A stretch of DNA of 64,000 nucleotides from positions 1 to 64,000 of the forward strand of contig NGBS01000008.1 in the NCBI GenBank assembly GCA_002245135.1, written 5' to 3'. Below, in pieces: positions 1 to 12,917 of the stretch (position 1 is its first letter; each line of letters starts with the position of its first letter). Under the pieces are notes generated by a model. It had not been told where the DNA came from. It saw only the letters and a list, made by a program, of their open reading frames with translations, and did no database searches. Source of the DNA: Proteromonas lacertae. Its lineage: Eukaryota. The translations under genes were made by a program, and so were the position numbers.

Positions 1-1855
1 GGTTGTAAATAATATTGATAATAATTTCCATATGGACCATAATAATATCCATCTTCTAATCCTTCAAATGTATAGTATATTAATTCAACATCCTTATCAT
101 ACTCACTACCATAGTTAAAATCAAAGCTTTCTCTTTTTGCTTCAGATTCTTTTTCTCTGTATGCTGTGTAATAAAACACATTATTATAACAACCATCAAT
201 TCCAGTAGTGTCCTTATATGACAAATTATATTCATTTACTATACATTTGCCTTCTGGAATTAATAATCTTTTAGTAGTAATCTTTGGAATTATATCATTT
301 AATATTGTTTCATCTGTTTCAATTAAATCAAATGTTTTAGTTGATTCTGGAGTTATTACTTCTAGCTTTAATCCATTTATTTTATATGTATTTCCTATTG
401 CTTTAAAATATGATGTTTATATCTTCAATTCCACATTTTGTTGAGTTACTATAAACAAATTAAATTCAAGTTAATATACTTTACTGTAATAAAACCATCA
501 CATTTCCTTGCAGAATAATCTGTTGTATATACTCCACTTTTATCTTGATCAACATCATTAATTGATTCTATTTTTATTTCATTTGAACTAGGAATTTCTA
601 TCACCAAGTTAGATTGAGTATATTCGTATTGGTGTGAATTGATTGATCTATGATTATTAACATATTTTTAACAATAAAATATCCATTATAATAACCTTTA
701 TCTTCATAACTAGCAGAAATCTTAACATCTTCATAGTAATATCCTTTCTTTCCATCTGCCAACTTTCTATTATTTGATATATCATTCATTCTTTCATTAG
801 GATTTTCAGGAACATATTTATCAGCTGCTTCTATTATTGATTCTGTTTCTCTTTCTAAATCATTCCAAAATCTACTTAATGCGTCTTCTTTGCTCATCTT
901 TTTAGCTGCCGGAAGTAAATAACCAAATCAATGTATTGTTCATCTGTGAAATCCTTACTTTGAAATAAATAATTACAATCTTCATCTATACAGAAATAAT
1001 AGACTGGGTTCCATTCACCATATCCAATTGTGTAATTATTTTCATGTTTATAATCAATCAGATAAAGATTCGTATGAAAAAATACCTTTCACCAATAAAG
1101 TGGCATATCTTGTAATTAGAAGTATATAATTCTAATTCTCTATATTCCCCATACCTTAAGTAAAAGGAGTAAAAATTATATTTATTGAAATCAACACTAT
1201 ATGTTGTTAAACCGAATTTTAGCTTATAATTAAAATTGTTCTTCATCATCTAATTATTATATTAATATAAATAATGATAATACTAATTGATACTGTTGTA
1301 TAAATTTGTTGGGATGATGATTTTAAATCATAATTCTCTATTTTGGTAGGTATAAAAATAGATGTTTCAAAAATCTCTCAGAAATGCCTTAATAGCTTCA
1401 CATCTTTCAGAGACACTTAAGCTGTTCATAAGTATAAACAATTGATGATGTTATATCACATCCATTGAATTTTGAGGTGATATCTTCTTCACTGAACTGA
1501 AAAGTACTTGTTGTCTTATCTAATATAAGATCACTAATATCAACTGAATCTACACCAGTTATTACTGTTTTTATGCTGTAAACAGCCGTGTATATATACT
1601 TCATTGTTCTTTTTATGAAATAATATTTTGTATCGCTAATAAGAACACCTTGTCCAGTTAAATATAATGGCTTGGCAAATTGTTTGATTTGCTTTTGGGC
1701 TAATTTAAGAGATTTTGACTTATCTACTCTCTGTCTTCTTCTTGACATTCTATCGGAATGAATATCACCTCCGTAAGCAGAAGCAATAACTACGAGGACA
1801 ATAAACAAACACTATAAGATTATATTAACGAAAATATACAAGAATAAAATTTCAT
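1..1855 (-). pseudogene. Decayed gene for a putative secreted protein; runs off the window start
   Basis: ATG at 1855 is followed by a 28-nt GT-AG intron, but splicing lands out of frame with the hydrophobic signal-like ORF (FIVLVVIASAYGG). Further stops and frame changes separate ORFs 1407-1808, 1058-1249 and 601-897, with an open frame from about 410 to 1. Confidence 0.5.
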
Positions 1856-2044
1856 TTTACTGTTTAGTTACTTCAGTTTTATTATGATTATCAAAGACTA
1901 AATGTTTACAGTACTAAATACATCCATAAGCTTCTTTGATTGTTTTTTATTTTGTTATGTATGTCATTATAATGAGGTAATTGACCTTAACTATAATATT
2001 TGTTTATAATCAAAAAATATTTAAATCAATAAACATATATTTTA

Positions 2045-3306
2045 TTATTTTCTTTCTGATCTTGAAGGAGATGATGATGGAGGATGTTCAGAATCAGCTG
2101 AACTTGTCGCATTTGACCATTCTTCTAACAAAGCAGAACTTGTATGAGGAAACATGTTACACTGTTTAGTTTCACTATCTAAATGTAAAGAAATTACTTT
2201 ATTACTTCTTTCCATAAGACTTTTATAATCTGCATCTAATTTTGAGTAATCTTCTTGTATATCTTTAACTTTATTATATTCTTCTTCTAATTGACTGTAT
2301 TTATCCTTCCATTCTTCTATTTCTGTGATGTATTTTTCAATTTGTTCTTTAAATTGATCATTCGTTGTTATAGGTTCATTAGAAGATGATTTATGAACTA
2401 ACTGTTGATAATTCGATTGTAATTTCTTATTTTCTGTTTCTAATTTTGTGTTTTCATTCTATAGAAAAACAATAGTTTATTAATATATATACTCTAACAT
2501 CTGATAATGTTTTCTGAGACTTTTTATAATCAGCTAATAGGTCATTATAACTTGTCTTTAATTCTTCATATTTTGATTTTAATTTATTATATTGTTCATC
2601 TGATTTTGATGATGATGATGATGGTATAGTTGGAGGTAAAGGAGGTGGTATTGTTGAATTATTATTATTATTATTATTATCAGGGTTACTAGCTACGGAT
2701 GAACGACGACGATTGCTTTTGGGTGAGGTATTTCCAATGGATAATAGACGGTTTGATAATTGTTTGTTATTCTCTTTCAATTTCTATTTTATATAATATT
2801 ATTATTTTAATACTTTTAATTGTCTTTTTACATTTTCTTGATCTTCTATTCTGGTTGTTAGATTAAGTACTTGTTGTTCAGTCTTCTTTAATCTGTGCCT
2901 CATTTCATTATATTCTATTATCAATGCTTTATATTTGGGAATTAATTCTCTCAACTATTTATAATGATAATTTAGTTGTATATACTCTATCTTCTGATTG
3001 TTTTAATAAAAATTTATCTTCTTTATTCTCCATCTATTCATAATAACATATCATATATTCATACACCTCCTCGATTGTTCTTATACCACCAATCCATTAG
3101 TATATCCAATTCTAGCTCTTTAGGCACACTTGCTAGGATAAAATAAAATAAATTATTAATACATCCAGGAGCTATAGACTTTAAAAATTTCAAAAAAGTG
3201 TCATGTTCTTTTATATGCTGCCTTTGTAGATCTAAATGATAATCGATATGATTTTACTTTGATATTTCTTATTTGCTGCAGCATTGGGGGAAAAGGGCTC
3301 ATCCAT
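2045..3306 (-). CDS. Multi-exon coiled-coil protein of unknown function
   Basis: Spliced from ATG 3306 (MDEPFSPNAAANKKYQ) across several roughly 30-nt GT-AG introns. K/E/Q/L heptad-rich with a Pro/Ser/Asn patch; TAA at 2045. Confidence 0.7.
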
Positions 3307-3625
3307 TTTTAAAATGAAATTCTAATTGTACTAAAAATATAGTCGTTTTTTATTTTTTAAAATCCAAAATGGTTAATAACGATAGAATATCACAATATTA
3401 AATCTTATTTAATAGAATTTAGTATGAGTATGTTGAAATAAGCAACAATTCAAAAAAGGTTGATCATGTTGCATTTTATTTTTTGCTTTATTTTAAAATT
3501 TTAAATTGATCGATTGATACAATATTAATACTTTTGAAGGAATTTATGATCATCATCATGTTAGAACAATCTTTCAAAAATATGTCCGTTTCATTCAGAA
3601 TTAAAAATATTGTTTTAAAAATATC

Positions 3626-4392
3626 ATGGCTGTATGAGCATATAAATATAATGTTTATAGATCACTGCGACGAAAAGGAGGACTAATGGGTTTCAAGACC
3701 CTTTGCATCCCTATCAAGTGACTACATGGATTTTAGGTCCAATTTGTTATATTATTGCCGTTATAGAAGTGTTATATTTATATCCACTTGGTTTTAAAGT
3801 ACCATATATAATATTTTTATCTATTTTTACCGTTTTATCAATAATATTTGTCATTTATACTACCGCATATAATCCAGAGTTTAAAGAGTCATACGTAAGT
3901 CCAACAGATTTAGAAAGATCGTGTTATATATGTAAGATGCAGATAGATCAATCAACAAGGCATTGTACAAAGTGTAATAAATGTGTATATGGATTTGATC
4001 ACCATTGCATATGGTTAAACAATTGCGTAGGAAAGAAGAATTATTCTCCATTCATAATTGCTTTATTTTCAGCTACATTAATGGTGTTTTTTGAACTTGT
4101 AGTTGGAATTGTCACATTTATTCTTTACTTTGCACAGAAGAAGAAATTTGAAGATAATTGTATATATATATATATATTAAAATATATTATAGTAAGTGAT
4201 TTATTTGGTTGTAAAAAATACAATGACGAAGAGAATATGTGTAAAACTGCCAAACTACCAGGTTATGGTTTAATCATTATTGATGCATTCTATGTAGTGT
4301 TATTGATAATATTATTCTATTACCTCATTGATTTAGTCATTTTTCATATCAAATTAATGCACAGAGGAATTACAACTTATCAATATATTGTA

Positions 4393-4424
<32 letters not shown>

Positions 4425-4992
4425 GAAATTACAACCTCAGCCACAACCAACTTCATTAGAAGAACCAACAATAATACCACCACCAACATTAGATAATAAT
4501 AATATGAAAACAGGAGAAGGAGGAGGAATAGGTGAAATTCAATTGACAGTAATTACTAATGATAATAATGCAACTGCAAATAACAACAATAATAATCGTT
4601 ATAAATCACCTCCACCAAAATTACATCAACAACATGAATCTGGTTCGTATAGTTCATCCTCTTCATTTAGTTCAAATAATTCGCCAATGCCTTTACAGAA
4701 AGTAACACCTACACAACCTCCACTTCATCCACAAACTACAGATCAAAGTGAAAAACAGAAAGAATTATCTGAAGAAGCATATAAACCTAAAGAATTTACT
4801 GTGACGAAAATGTCGAATGATGGAAATGCTAGAACTACACGCCCTTCTAACGTTGAAATAGATTTTGAGAATAGAAATAATGGAAATGAGAATAATATTA
4901 GTAGTAGTGGAGGAGGTGATGTAGTTGCTCATGTTATTACTGTTGCAAGTAAAGAAACAGCCATTCCAGAAAATTCAGATTCAGACAAATAG
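3626..4992 (+). CDS. DHHC palmitoyltransferase (ZDHHC1/11-like)
   Basis: ATG GCT, intron, then RRTNGFQDPLHPYQ. Cys-rich domain RHCTKCNKCVYGFDHHCIWLNNCVG, four TM segments and a TTYQY motif. An in-frame 33-nt intron lies at 4160-4192. Confidence 0.93.
4396..4425 (+). repeat. CAA microsatellite encoding poly-Q in the DHHC tail
   Basis: The (CAA)n run is directly visible. Confidence 0.9.
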
Positions 4993-5156
4993 AGCGATAA
5001 ATTATTTCATGACTAAATGTGTATATTTTATTTATTCTGAATTAATATTTTTTCTTGATTAAATTGATTTATTGGGTGAGAAAAAAAGAATTTTAATTTT
5101 CTGGGGTATTTATTGAAAATTTTCATTCAGTTTCATTCTTTTTTTCTTCTTATTCA

Positions 5157-5408
5157 ATGGAACAAACTACAGAAAAAGAATATGTTCAAGCATATTTGAA
5201 AGTGGCAGAGACTTTAGAAGAAGATGATGACTTTGATGAATTTGAAGTTGATGGTATAGTTTTTGTTTACATATTGTTTTAAATAGAATGGGAGGATGAT
5301 AGTGCTGCTATTGATGATTCCAGACGTTGGAAGAATAATTGGGAAGATGAAGATGTAGAAGATGACTTTATTACTCAATTAAGAAAAGAAATACAAGCCC
5401 CACATTAA
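5157..5408 (+). CDS. SEM1: 26S proteasome subunit SEM1/DSS1
   Basis: Two exons give LEEDDDFDEFEVDEWEDD...WKNNWEDEDVEDDFITQLRKEI, the DSS1 signature. Absent from the ORF track. Confidence 0.93.
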
Positions 5409-5531
5409 TTCCATTTTTCCTTTTATTAACTGTGCCTTGGGAATTGTATAGAACCAACATAAGACTGTTGTTTCATAATTATGGTTGTAACTAAGCCAAA
5501 ACAGGAAATAAAAACTAAACAAACGATTTTT

Positions 5532-7438
5532 TTAAAAACTACTAACTGTAATATCTATTTTAGGAAAAGCATTGATATATATTGAACTACATTTCATTGT
5601 ATTAGGAATCTTTAATACTCTCAGAGACTTCACTTGCTGCAATAAATCGTATAATATTGCAGAACATTTTCCAACTAAATTTGTACCGAATAGATTTAAT
5701 ACCTTTAACCTTTTCATGTTTAACAACTGTTGTTTTAAAAACTGAAATTCTTTTTCACTTAGGATATTGTATTGAAATGTAAATATGTTAAGATGTTTGA
5801 TTGTTGGTAATGAAGTAAAGAGAGTAAAACATTGATTCTTTGTTAATGAATTATCTATAAAAAAATATTAAATACAAATGAATGACTAAATACTTTCAAA
5901 TTCCAGTTCATTTAAACTACACAACTGTGAAAGACTGTTACTTAAAGCTGTAATACTCTCATTTGTAAAACAAAATTTCCTTATTGAAAGAATCTCAAGT
6001 TCTTCCAAACATGTCATACTGTTGAATAATGTTAAACAACTATCATCATCTATTTTACTATCATACAAATACAGTTTTGAAAGTGTATCTATCCTACTGA
6101 AATTATTAGTAAGGATTGTTATTTCATTTGGATTTAATTCTATTTCTATTTAATTTTAGTAATAATAATAATTAATAATAAATATACCTTTAATAAACAT
6201 GCTAAATTCTTCCATACATAAAATACCATACAGTTTATTCATAATCCTGCTATATTCAGAAACATCTGAGAATGGACTTTCTAAAAACTGTTTAAAGTAA
6301 TTATTAATTTCTGAAACAATCTTTTTGTTATTACTAAACCACACTATATTAACTAAAGTAAAAAACAACGATAAACTATTCTGTATTAAAATATTCTTTA
6401 ATAAAAGATGAAGTGATGTATCTATTGGATATATTATAATAGAAATATACAATCATTTCTATTATCACAATCGCATATTATCTTATCAATTCCTACACAT
6501 TTATTATCTATCATTAACTGATCCATCTCTTTAGATGTTGGATTTATTTGCTCTTCTTCTGTCATATCAGATTTATCAATTCCTATTAATACAATTAATA
6601 GAACTTATAAATACTTTTCAATGATGAAATAACTTCATCAACTGTCATTCTGTCATTTGGATTTACAGATAATAATTTTTCAATAATCTCTTTATAATTT
6701 CTGATAGCTACAAATTCTATGTATTCCCCTGATAATATCAGACACTGTAAATCATATAGTGACTTAGCTTTAAATGGTAATTGTGATTTTAATAAGAAAT
6801 AAAAAATACATCCAACTGACCAAATATCAGTCTTTATATCTATCTCTTTATTCATTATTTGTTCTGGACTTTGAAATTGATAATACTCTTTATTGTAATA
6901 ATCTTTCAGTTTGATATTATTAATACCATAATCTGATATTGCACATGTTCCATCTTCATTTAACAACACATTTTCTAACTTCAAATTACCATGAAGTGTA
7001 TTACAACTATTTAAACATTTTATACCTTCACAAATATCTAAAATTATTTTTACTTTATCTAATAAACTCATTGCATTATTTTTTTGAGTATAATAAGCAA
7101 GAGATTTGCTATATAAATCCATAATGTGAAATAGTGAGGTAATCTCTTTAGGAAATATTATTGTTGAGTAAATATGACAGATATTTGGATGATGCAATGT
7201 GTTCACTAGTTTGATTGTTTGAAAATATATAAACAGTGATTCTTTTTCAGAATTGCATTTAATTACTTTTAAAACATCTCTTCTTCTTTTTTCTTGGTTT
7301 TTCACTGTAATAACAGTTGTACATTTATCAACATAGATAGTATTACAAATCTACAACAACATATAATATTAATAATACTGTATAATGATAGTTTAGTTCA
7401 TTCTTTTTCAAAATTTCTACTATTTCTGGTATCAACAT
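5532..7438 (-). CDS. Pseudokinase plus RNI-like LRR protein
   Basis: Kinase fold with HGNLKLENV, ISDYG, SPE and DIWSVGC. Downstream exons are LRR-like (LEELEILSIRK, LKVLNLFGTNL). The start codon is uncertain. Confidence 0.75.
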
Positions 7439-7474
7439 ACCTATATATAAATGTAATTACAAAAATGTAAGAAC

Positions 7475-7498
7475 AGGCTTGAATAAGTAATCAAGCCT
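7475..7498. promoter_or_regulatory. Inverted AGGCTTGA-N8-TCAAGCCT element in a bidirectional promoter
   Basis: Perfect 8-bp arms between divergent starts; the same core motif occurs upstream of many genes. Confidence 0.55.
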
Positions 7499-7537
7499 TT
7501 TGAAAAGATTTTTTAATAAAAATTTCATATACAGAAG

Positions 7538-10470
7538 ATGTATTCATCTAATCATTATTTTTTAGGGGAAAACATGTATGTGAACTATGTGATATGACAT
7601 TTAACTCGAAGAAAGAGTTCGACGCTCACCAAATCTCTTTATTGCATCAAGGTACAATCGATGCTGTTGAAGAAATGAAAAAGAAATTTAGAAGTCCTCA
7701 AGATTTTGATAAAATCCCTACACTGAAAGATAGTACTTTTAGTTGTTGATATACTCTTAGGATACTCTGCAGCGTTTGCCGCTTTAGAAACGCAATTAAG
7801 CACGGCTACACAACAGCAACTAGATGAATTACAGAAAGAATTGAATGTATTTTTATGAATTTCTAAATATTAGTCATTACAAAATATATATGATGAAGTT
7901 GCAGATATAAAGACACGTATATGTTCGATAGATGAATTATCAGAAAAGACCAAAAATAGTTTTTCACAGTATAAATTAATTAATTCTAATATTAATTCTA
8001 GTTACAATCATATTCGTCAAATCACCACTTGTAGAAGAAATCTCCGTGTAACTTTAGAACAAATAGACTTCTTCAATCAAGTACCCCAACGATGTAATGA
8101 ATTACATGAATTATTACTCGACAATTACAGAACATTGAAGGAAGTATATACAGAATGGAAACAACTACTATCCTGGAAAACAGATGTATTACGTGAATTA
8201 GCAGTACAAGCTGAAGAAATACGAAATAGCAGTGCATCTCAGAAACAGAAGCAAAAAGCAGCTGAAAATCAAGAAGCTATAAAATCAACGTTAGCAGACA
8301 AATTTCAACTGATGGAAGCGTTAGGAGAAGTAATTAAAGCTAGATTATGGGAACACATACAGAGATGCTTTGAGATGTCAGAATTAGATCCAGCATCATT
8401 AGTAAAAGCATTAGAAATAATAGAAAGAAGAGATATTGGAATAGAGAAGAAAATTAAAAGATTAGTATAATTCATTATTGTTATGTATTGAAAAATAGAA
8501 GAATCAAGCTAAAGCTCGAGGTGAAGATCCAGAGGATATAATGCTAGATCCCTCAGAAACTACATCTTGGAGAGAACAATGTAAATCAATCTTAAAACAA
8601 ACAGTAAAAAGAAGAATAGAAAGATTATTTGGTAATGAAGAGTGTATAAAGAACGATGTTAGTGGATTATTAAAGGCAGGGAATGTAATGGTATCTGATT
8701 TAGAACATGTACATGAATTTGTAGTTCCTTGTTTCCCACCACAGTATATAATATATTTATATATATAAATAATTGTTTTTATTTTTATTTTTGTTTTCAT
8801 TATTACATTTTTATTCTAAATATATATATATATATATTTATATATATAATATTATATAGTTATGATGTAATGAATCTTTTCCTAAAACAATACAAAGAAG
8901 CTGTTCTCTTCTACATTGCTCCATTATTCAGTATCAATACACTCGATCAAGGGCAAGTATTACAATGTGTAGAATGGCTAGACTCTTTCAAAGAAGAATT
9001 AACTAATTACAACGCAGAAGGTTATTTCACAGAATTCTATGCATTTAGGACACAATTAATGGCAAGATATAGTGATGCAGTTTCTGAACAAATGACATTA
9101 TGGATTGCTAATATCTACAATCGATATGATGATCCAATACTCAATGAATTTAATAATTATGTAACACCCAAACCAGAAGATACCTTTGCCATATTATCCA
9201 ATCAGATTGAAGTAGTAAATGAAAGATTACATGGACAATCGTTATTGACAGTAGTTCAAGCCTGCATGCAAGTATTTGCACCATTTCAACATCATATAAT
9301 TGAAGAATTAAAGAGAAATCCAACAGATTATTTGGAAGAATTATGTGCAACAGTAAATGATGCATTTAGTCTACAAGAAAAGTTTGAAGACATTCCATAC
9401 AATATACCTGATTTGAATGAGAAAGATATGTTAGAAATGAGTAATGCAGTAAGTGATGTAGTAGCTGAATATGTTAAAGTAGGACAATATGCTTCAGATT
9501 TGTTGGTTAATTTGATTATGTCTGATATTCAACCACATTTAGATGAGAATCTATTCCAACAACAGTGGATAGAGAATGCAGTTGATCCTTTAGGTAATGC
9601 TGTTGAAACTATTAATGATTATTTAGTAGATTTACAGGAGTGGATTAGTTGTCCATATTATGTTGGTTATATTATAAAAGAATGCTTTTTAAAATTGGTT
9701 TATATACTATTATTATTATTTAATAGATTGCTGGTTATTTCTCTATATTTAAAAAATGTAAAGGTTGGCATGATAATGAAATAGATACAGTAGTAGAACG
9801 TATTGTAGATGATCAAAATACAATCAGAGATTATTTCTCCAGTAATGAGATTATTCCACTCTTCAAAATGTCTGGTTGTCAAATTAGAACAGTTGAACAA
9901 ATCGATGATCAGTTATACTTAACAGAAGAATTAAAGAATTGGTTATTCCAACAACAAGAAGCATTTATTGAAGGTGATCCACCAACAGTATCTGAATATG
10001 TACAAGAAACTTTGTATAAATTTGGACAAACATCTTATGCTGGTCCTGAATGTATAAAAGCATTAGTGACTTGTAGATTAGGTATTATTATATATTATTA
10101 TTTTAATATAGATTTATTACAACCAATAAAGAATGAATTAAATAATTACTGTAAAGAACAATATGCTGTAAGTTCAACTCCAAAAGTGAGTGAAGCAATC
10201 AAGAAGAAGTTTGATAATATTAAAGAAAGAACAGCTGCTGTATTTAAGAAGAATATAATTGGTGAAAGTAGTGATGCTAATGCTTCTTTACCATCATCAT
10301 CACCTTCTCCTCCACCATTAGAATCAAAAATGAAATCGTTTATGCATGGAATTAAGTCTAATTTTAGTAATGAAAATGATTCAGCTGATCCTGCTAATAT
10401 TGGTAGTATGAGTTCCTCGTTCAATGCTTCCATTAGAGCAATAAAATCTAAGTTTGGAAGTACAGAATAA
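7538..10470 (+). CDS. SEC6: Exocyst component Sec6/EXOC3 with an N-terminal C2H2 zinc finger
   Basis: Sec6-like segments: DPASLVKALEIIER, DLEHVHEFVVPCFPPQYDV, LCATVND, AVETINDYLVDL. The N-terminus reads MGKHVCELCDMTFNSKKEFDAHQISLLH. Confidence 0.85.
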
Positions 10471-10566
10471 CGTATTTTGTATATTTTGTATTGTTTTTAT
10501 GTATATGTATTTTTAAATCTATACAAAACAAATAATTACTGTGAGATAATTATTTTAATATAAAAT

Positions 10567-10817
10567 TTATGTTCTGTATTCTTTCTATAGAATATATCTC
10601 AATAATCTAATATACAGTATTTTTTCTACCATACCATACTGCAGGTAAGCATATTGCAGCTATTCCAATTGCGCATACAACTGTATTTCTTCTCCAAGCT
10701 GGATTTCTTGCCCACCATCCCCCTGCTGGAGACCAAACATACTTTGGATAGTTAAACTTCTAATATATTATATATAAACATATATAGTGTATTTTATTAT
10801 ACTCTTCCTCCTGACAT
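10567..10817 (-). CDS. Small mitochondrial complex I accessory subunit (NUUM/NDUFC1-like)
   Basis: Three exons give MSGGRKFNYPKYVWSPAGGWWARNPAWRRNTVVCAIGIAAICLPAVWYGRKNTKEYRT. The YPKxVWSPAGGW...WRRNT motif is followed by one TM helix. Absent from the ORF track. Confidence 0.75.
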
Positions 10818-10879
10818 TTTTAGAAACAAAGATAGAATAGAATCAAGCCAAAAGTTTGATTGATAGAAATACATATACA

Positions 10880-12700
10880 ATGTCTGAAGGAGATAATATT
10901 ATTAAACCACTTGGAAAAGGTGGACTAGGATGTGTAAAGCTTGTAGAGCACAATGGACAACAAATGGTAAGAAAGGAACTGAATGTGAAAGAAAATGGAT
11001 TATACCGTTGTCTAAACGAAGTAAAAATGATTGAGCAGCTTAGCAACAGGCATGTATTAACATTTAAGGAGTATTATCATGATAAGGAACATGAAATGTT
11101 TTACATTTACACTGAATACTTTAGAAATCGAGATTTAAGAAATTTAATCGAGAAACAGGATCATAAAGATTTTGAAATACCTGTATCTATATTTATGAAA
11201 GACTTGATAAATGGATTAAAATACATACATAGTAAGAATATTATTCATCGAGATTTGAAACCAGGAAATATATTAGTTGGAGATGATGGTAATTTAATAA
11301 TAAGCGATTTTGGATTATCTATAGAACAAGGCTCAATTGATAATCTCTTAAGAGGGACTTATAATTATATAGCTCCTGAATTATGGGATGTTCAACCTCC
11401 TCCATATTCTACAGCTAGTGATATATTTGCTTTGGGTTGTATATTCTGTGAAATCTATACCTTAAAACAATTATATGCTGGAAAAGATAAAGAAAAAATC
11501 AAAGCTACAATAATCAATAAGAACGATATTTGTTTTGGAAGAAATAATTTAGATGGAAATACTTTAGTAGATAATCTAATAATGAAAATGATTGAAAAAG
11601 ATCCAAGTAAAAGATTAAGTTTGAAAAGAATTGAAGAAAGAGTAAAGATAATCGAAGAAGATTTAGATATTTCATCTATACCAAAAGAGTCATTATGTTC
11701 CTGTTGGTCAGATTATTCATCTGTAGATTATAATATAACAGTTGGTTTTTATTTACATAATGAACATATTGCAAGAAAATCACTTGAAGATATTTGTAAA
11801 ATGAATCAAAAAGAATTTAATCAGTATTGGAAATATGATTATTTAAATATGATATTTCCTGTTGTTGGTCAAACTAATCCGCCATTTACTCTTGAAAATG
11901 CACTTATGTTAATGAATAGAAAGAACGAGTTTAAAGATAAACTGGAAAAACTATTACCTCTATTAAGAAATTTACCCGAAGAAATGATTATTAGTATTTC
12001 AGAGAGAACTGATTTATTTCTAGCTTCTCTTGAATTGCCTTATAATATCAAATCAACAAACTCAACAAACTCAACAATACCACTACCTCCTTCTATTACG
12101 TCAACAGCATCTACTAAGACAATTCCATTACCTTCTTCAACAAGCACCAGAAAAATACCTATTTATCAAAGAGGAGGTTTACATCCATCAAGATGGATTC
12201 ATGTAACTGATGTTGATATTCCAGATTGTCCTTCACAAGTTCAATCATTATGGTATGAAAGACCTGATGAAGGAAATAGATTATTATCTGTGAATGGAGA
12301 ACCTCCATTTGTTCATTATTTAGGAAGTATAAAAGGCTCAGATGGATTAGATGAATTATTTTTGAATAAAATAAGATTTGGTGATTGGTGGTGGAAAAAT
12401 AAAGAAGAAGAATATATATATGTGCCTGTTTATCAAAGAGGAGGACATCATCCTTCTAAATGGATATATCAAACAACTGCTCCTATTGATGTAAAGTATA
12501 AAGGCAAAATTAAATGTCTTTATTATGCTCGTCAAAATGAAGGAAATGAGTTATTATCTGTTATTGGAGTACCAAGTGATTATCATTTGAATGGAAGACA
12601 AGTTGTTGGATCATCAGGAATAGATGAAGACTATTTGAATAAGATATCCCAAGGCGGTTGGTGGGATATCAATCCACAGGAGAAAATGGTAATTGCTTAA
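10880..12700 (+). CDS. Intronless Ser/Thr kinase (Nek-like) with an OGFr_N-like segment and two Trp-rich C-terminal repeats
   Basis: GKGGLG, HRDLKPGN, DFG, GTYNYIAPE. The repeat YQRGGxHPSxWI...GxWW occurs twice. Confidence 0.88.
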   Translation: MSEGDNIIKPLGKGGLGCVKLVEHNGQQMVRKELNVKENGLYRCLNEVKMIEQLSNRHVLTFKEYYHDKEHEMFYIYTEYFRNRDLRNLIEKQDHKDFEIPVSIFMKDLINGLKYIHSKNIIHRDLKPGNILVGDDGNLIISDFGLSIEQGSIDNLLRGTYNYIAPELWDVQPPPYSTASDIFALGCIFCEIYTLKQLYAGKDKEKIKATIINKNDICFGRNNLDGNTLVDNLIMKMIEKDPSKRLSLKRIEERVKIIEEDLDISSIPKESLCSCWSDYSSVDYNITVGFYLHNEHIARKSLEDICKMNQKEFNQYWKYDYLNMIFPVVGQTNPPFTLENALMLMNRKNEFKDKLEKLLPLLRNLPEEMIISISERTDLFLASLELPYNIKSTNSTNSTIPLPPSITSTASTKTIPLPSSTSTRKIPIYQRGGLHPSRWIHVTDVDIPDCPSQVQSLWYERPDEGNRLLSVNGEPPFVHYLGSIKGSDGLDELFLNKIRFGDWWWKNKEEEYIYVPVYQRGGHHPSKWIYQTTAPIDVKYKGKIKCLYYARQNEGNELLSVIGVPSDYHLNGRQVVGSSGIDEDYLNKISQGGWWDINPQEKMVIA

Positions 12701-12917
12701 TTATATAGACATTTCATTCTATATATACTTCTTATTATGTTATAATTGAAAAAATAAATCAAATAAGTTTGATTACCCTCAAGCATTTTGAAATTATTTT
12801 TTGATAATTAGAGATATTTATACACAATCAAGTATATAAAATACGATAAATGAATTCAAGAACATGTATTAGATTAAAATATTTAAATTCATATAGTTTT
12901 GTCTTCTTTCCAGATCA

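Noticed and set aside
4160..4192. IYIY-type peptide inserts in ORFs (also 10082-10111 and about 21475-21522)
   Set aside because: These are stop-free in-frame AT-rich introns, not protein features.
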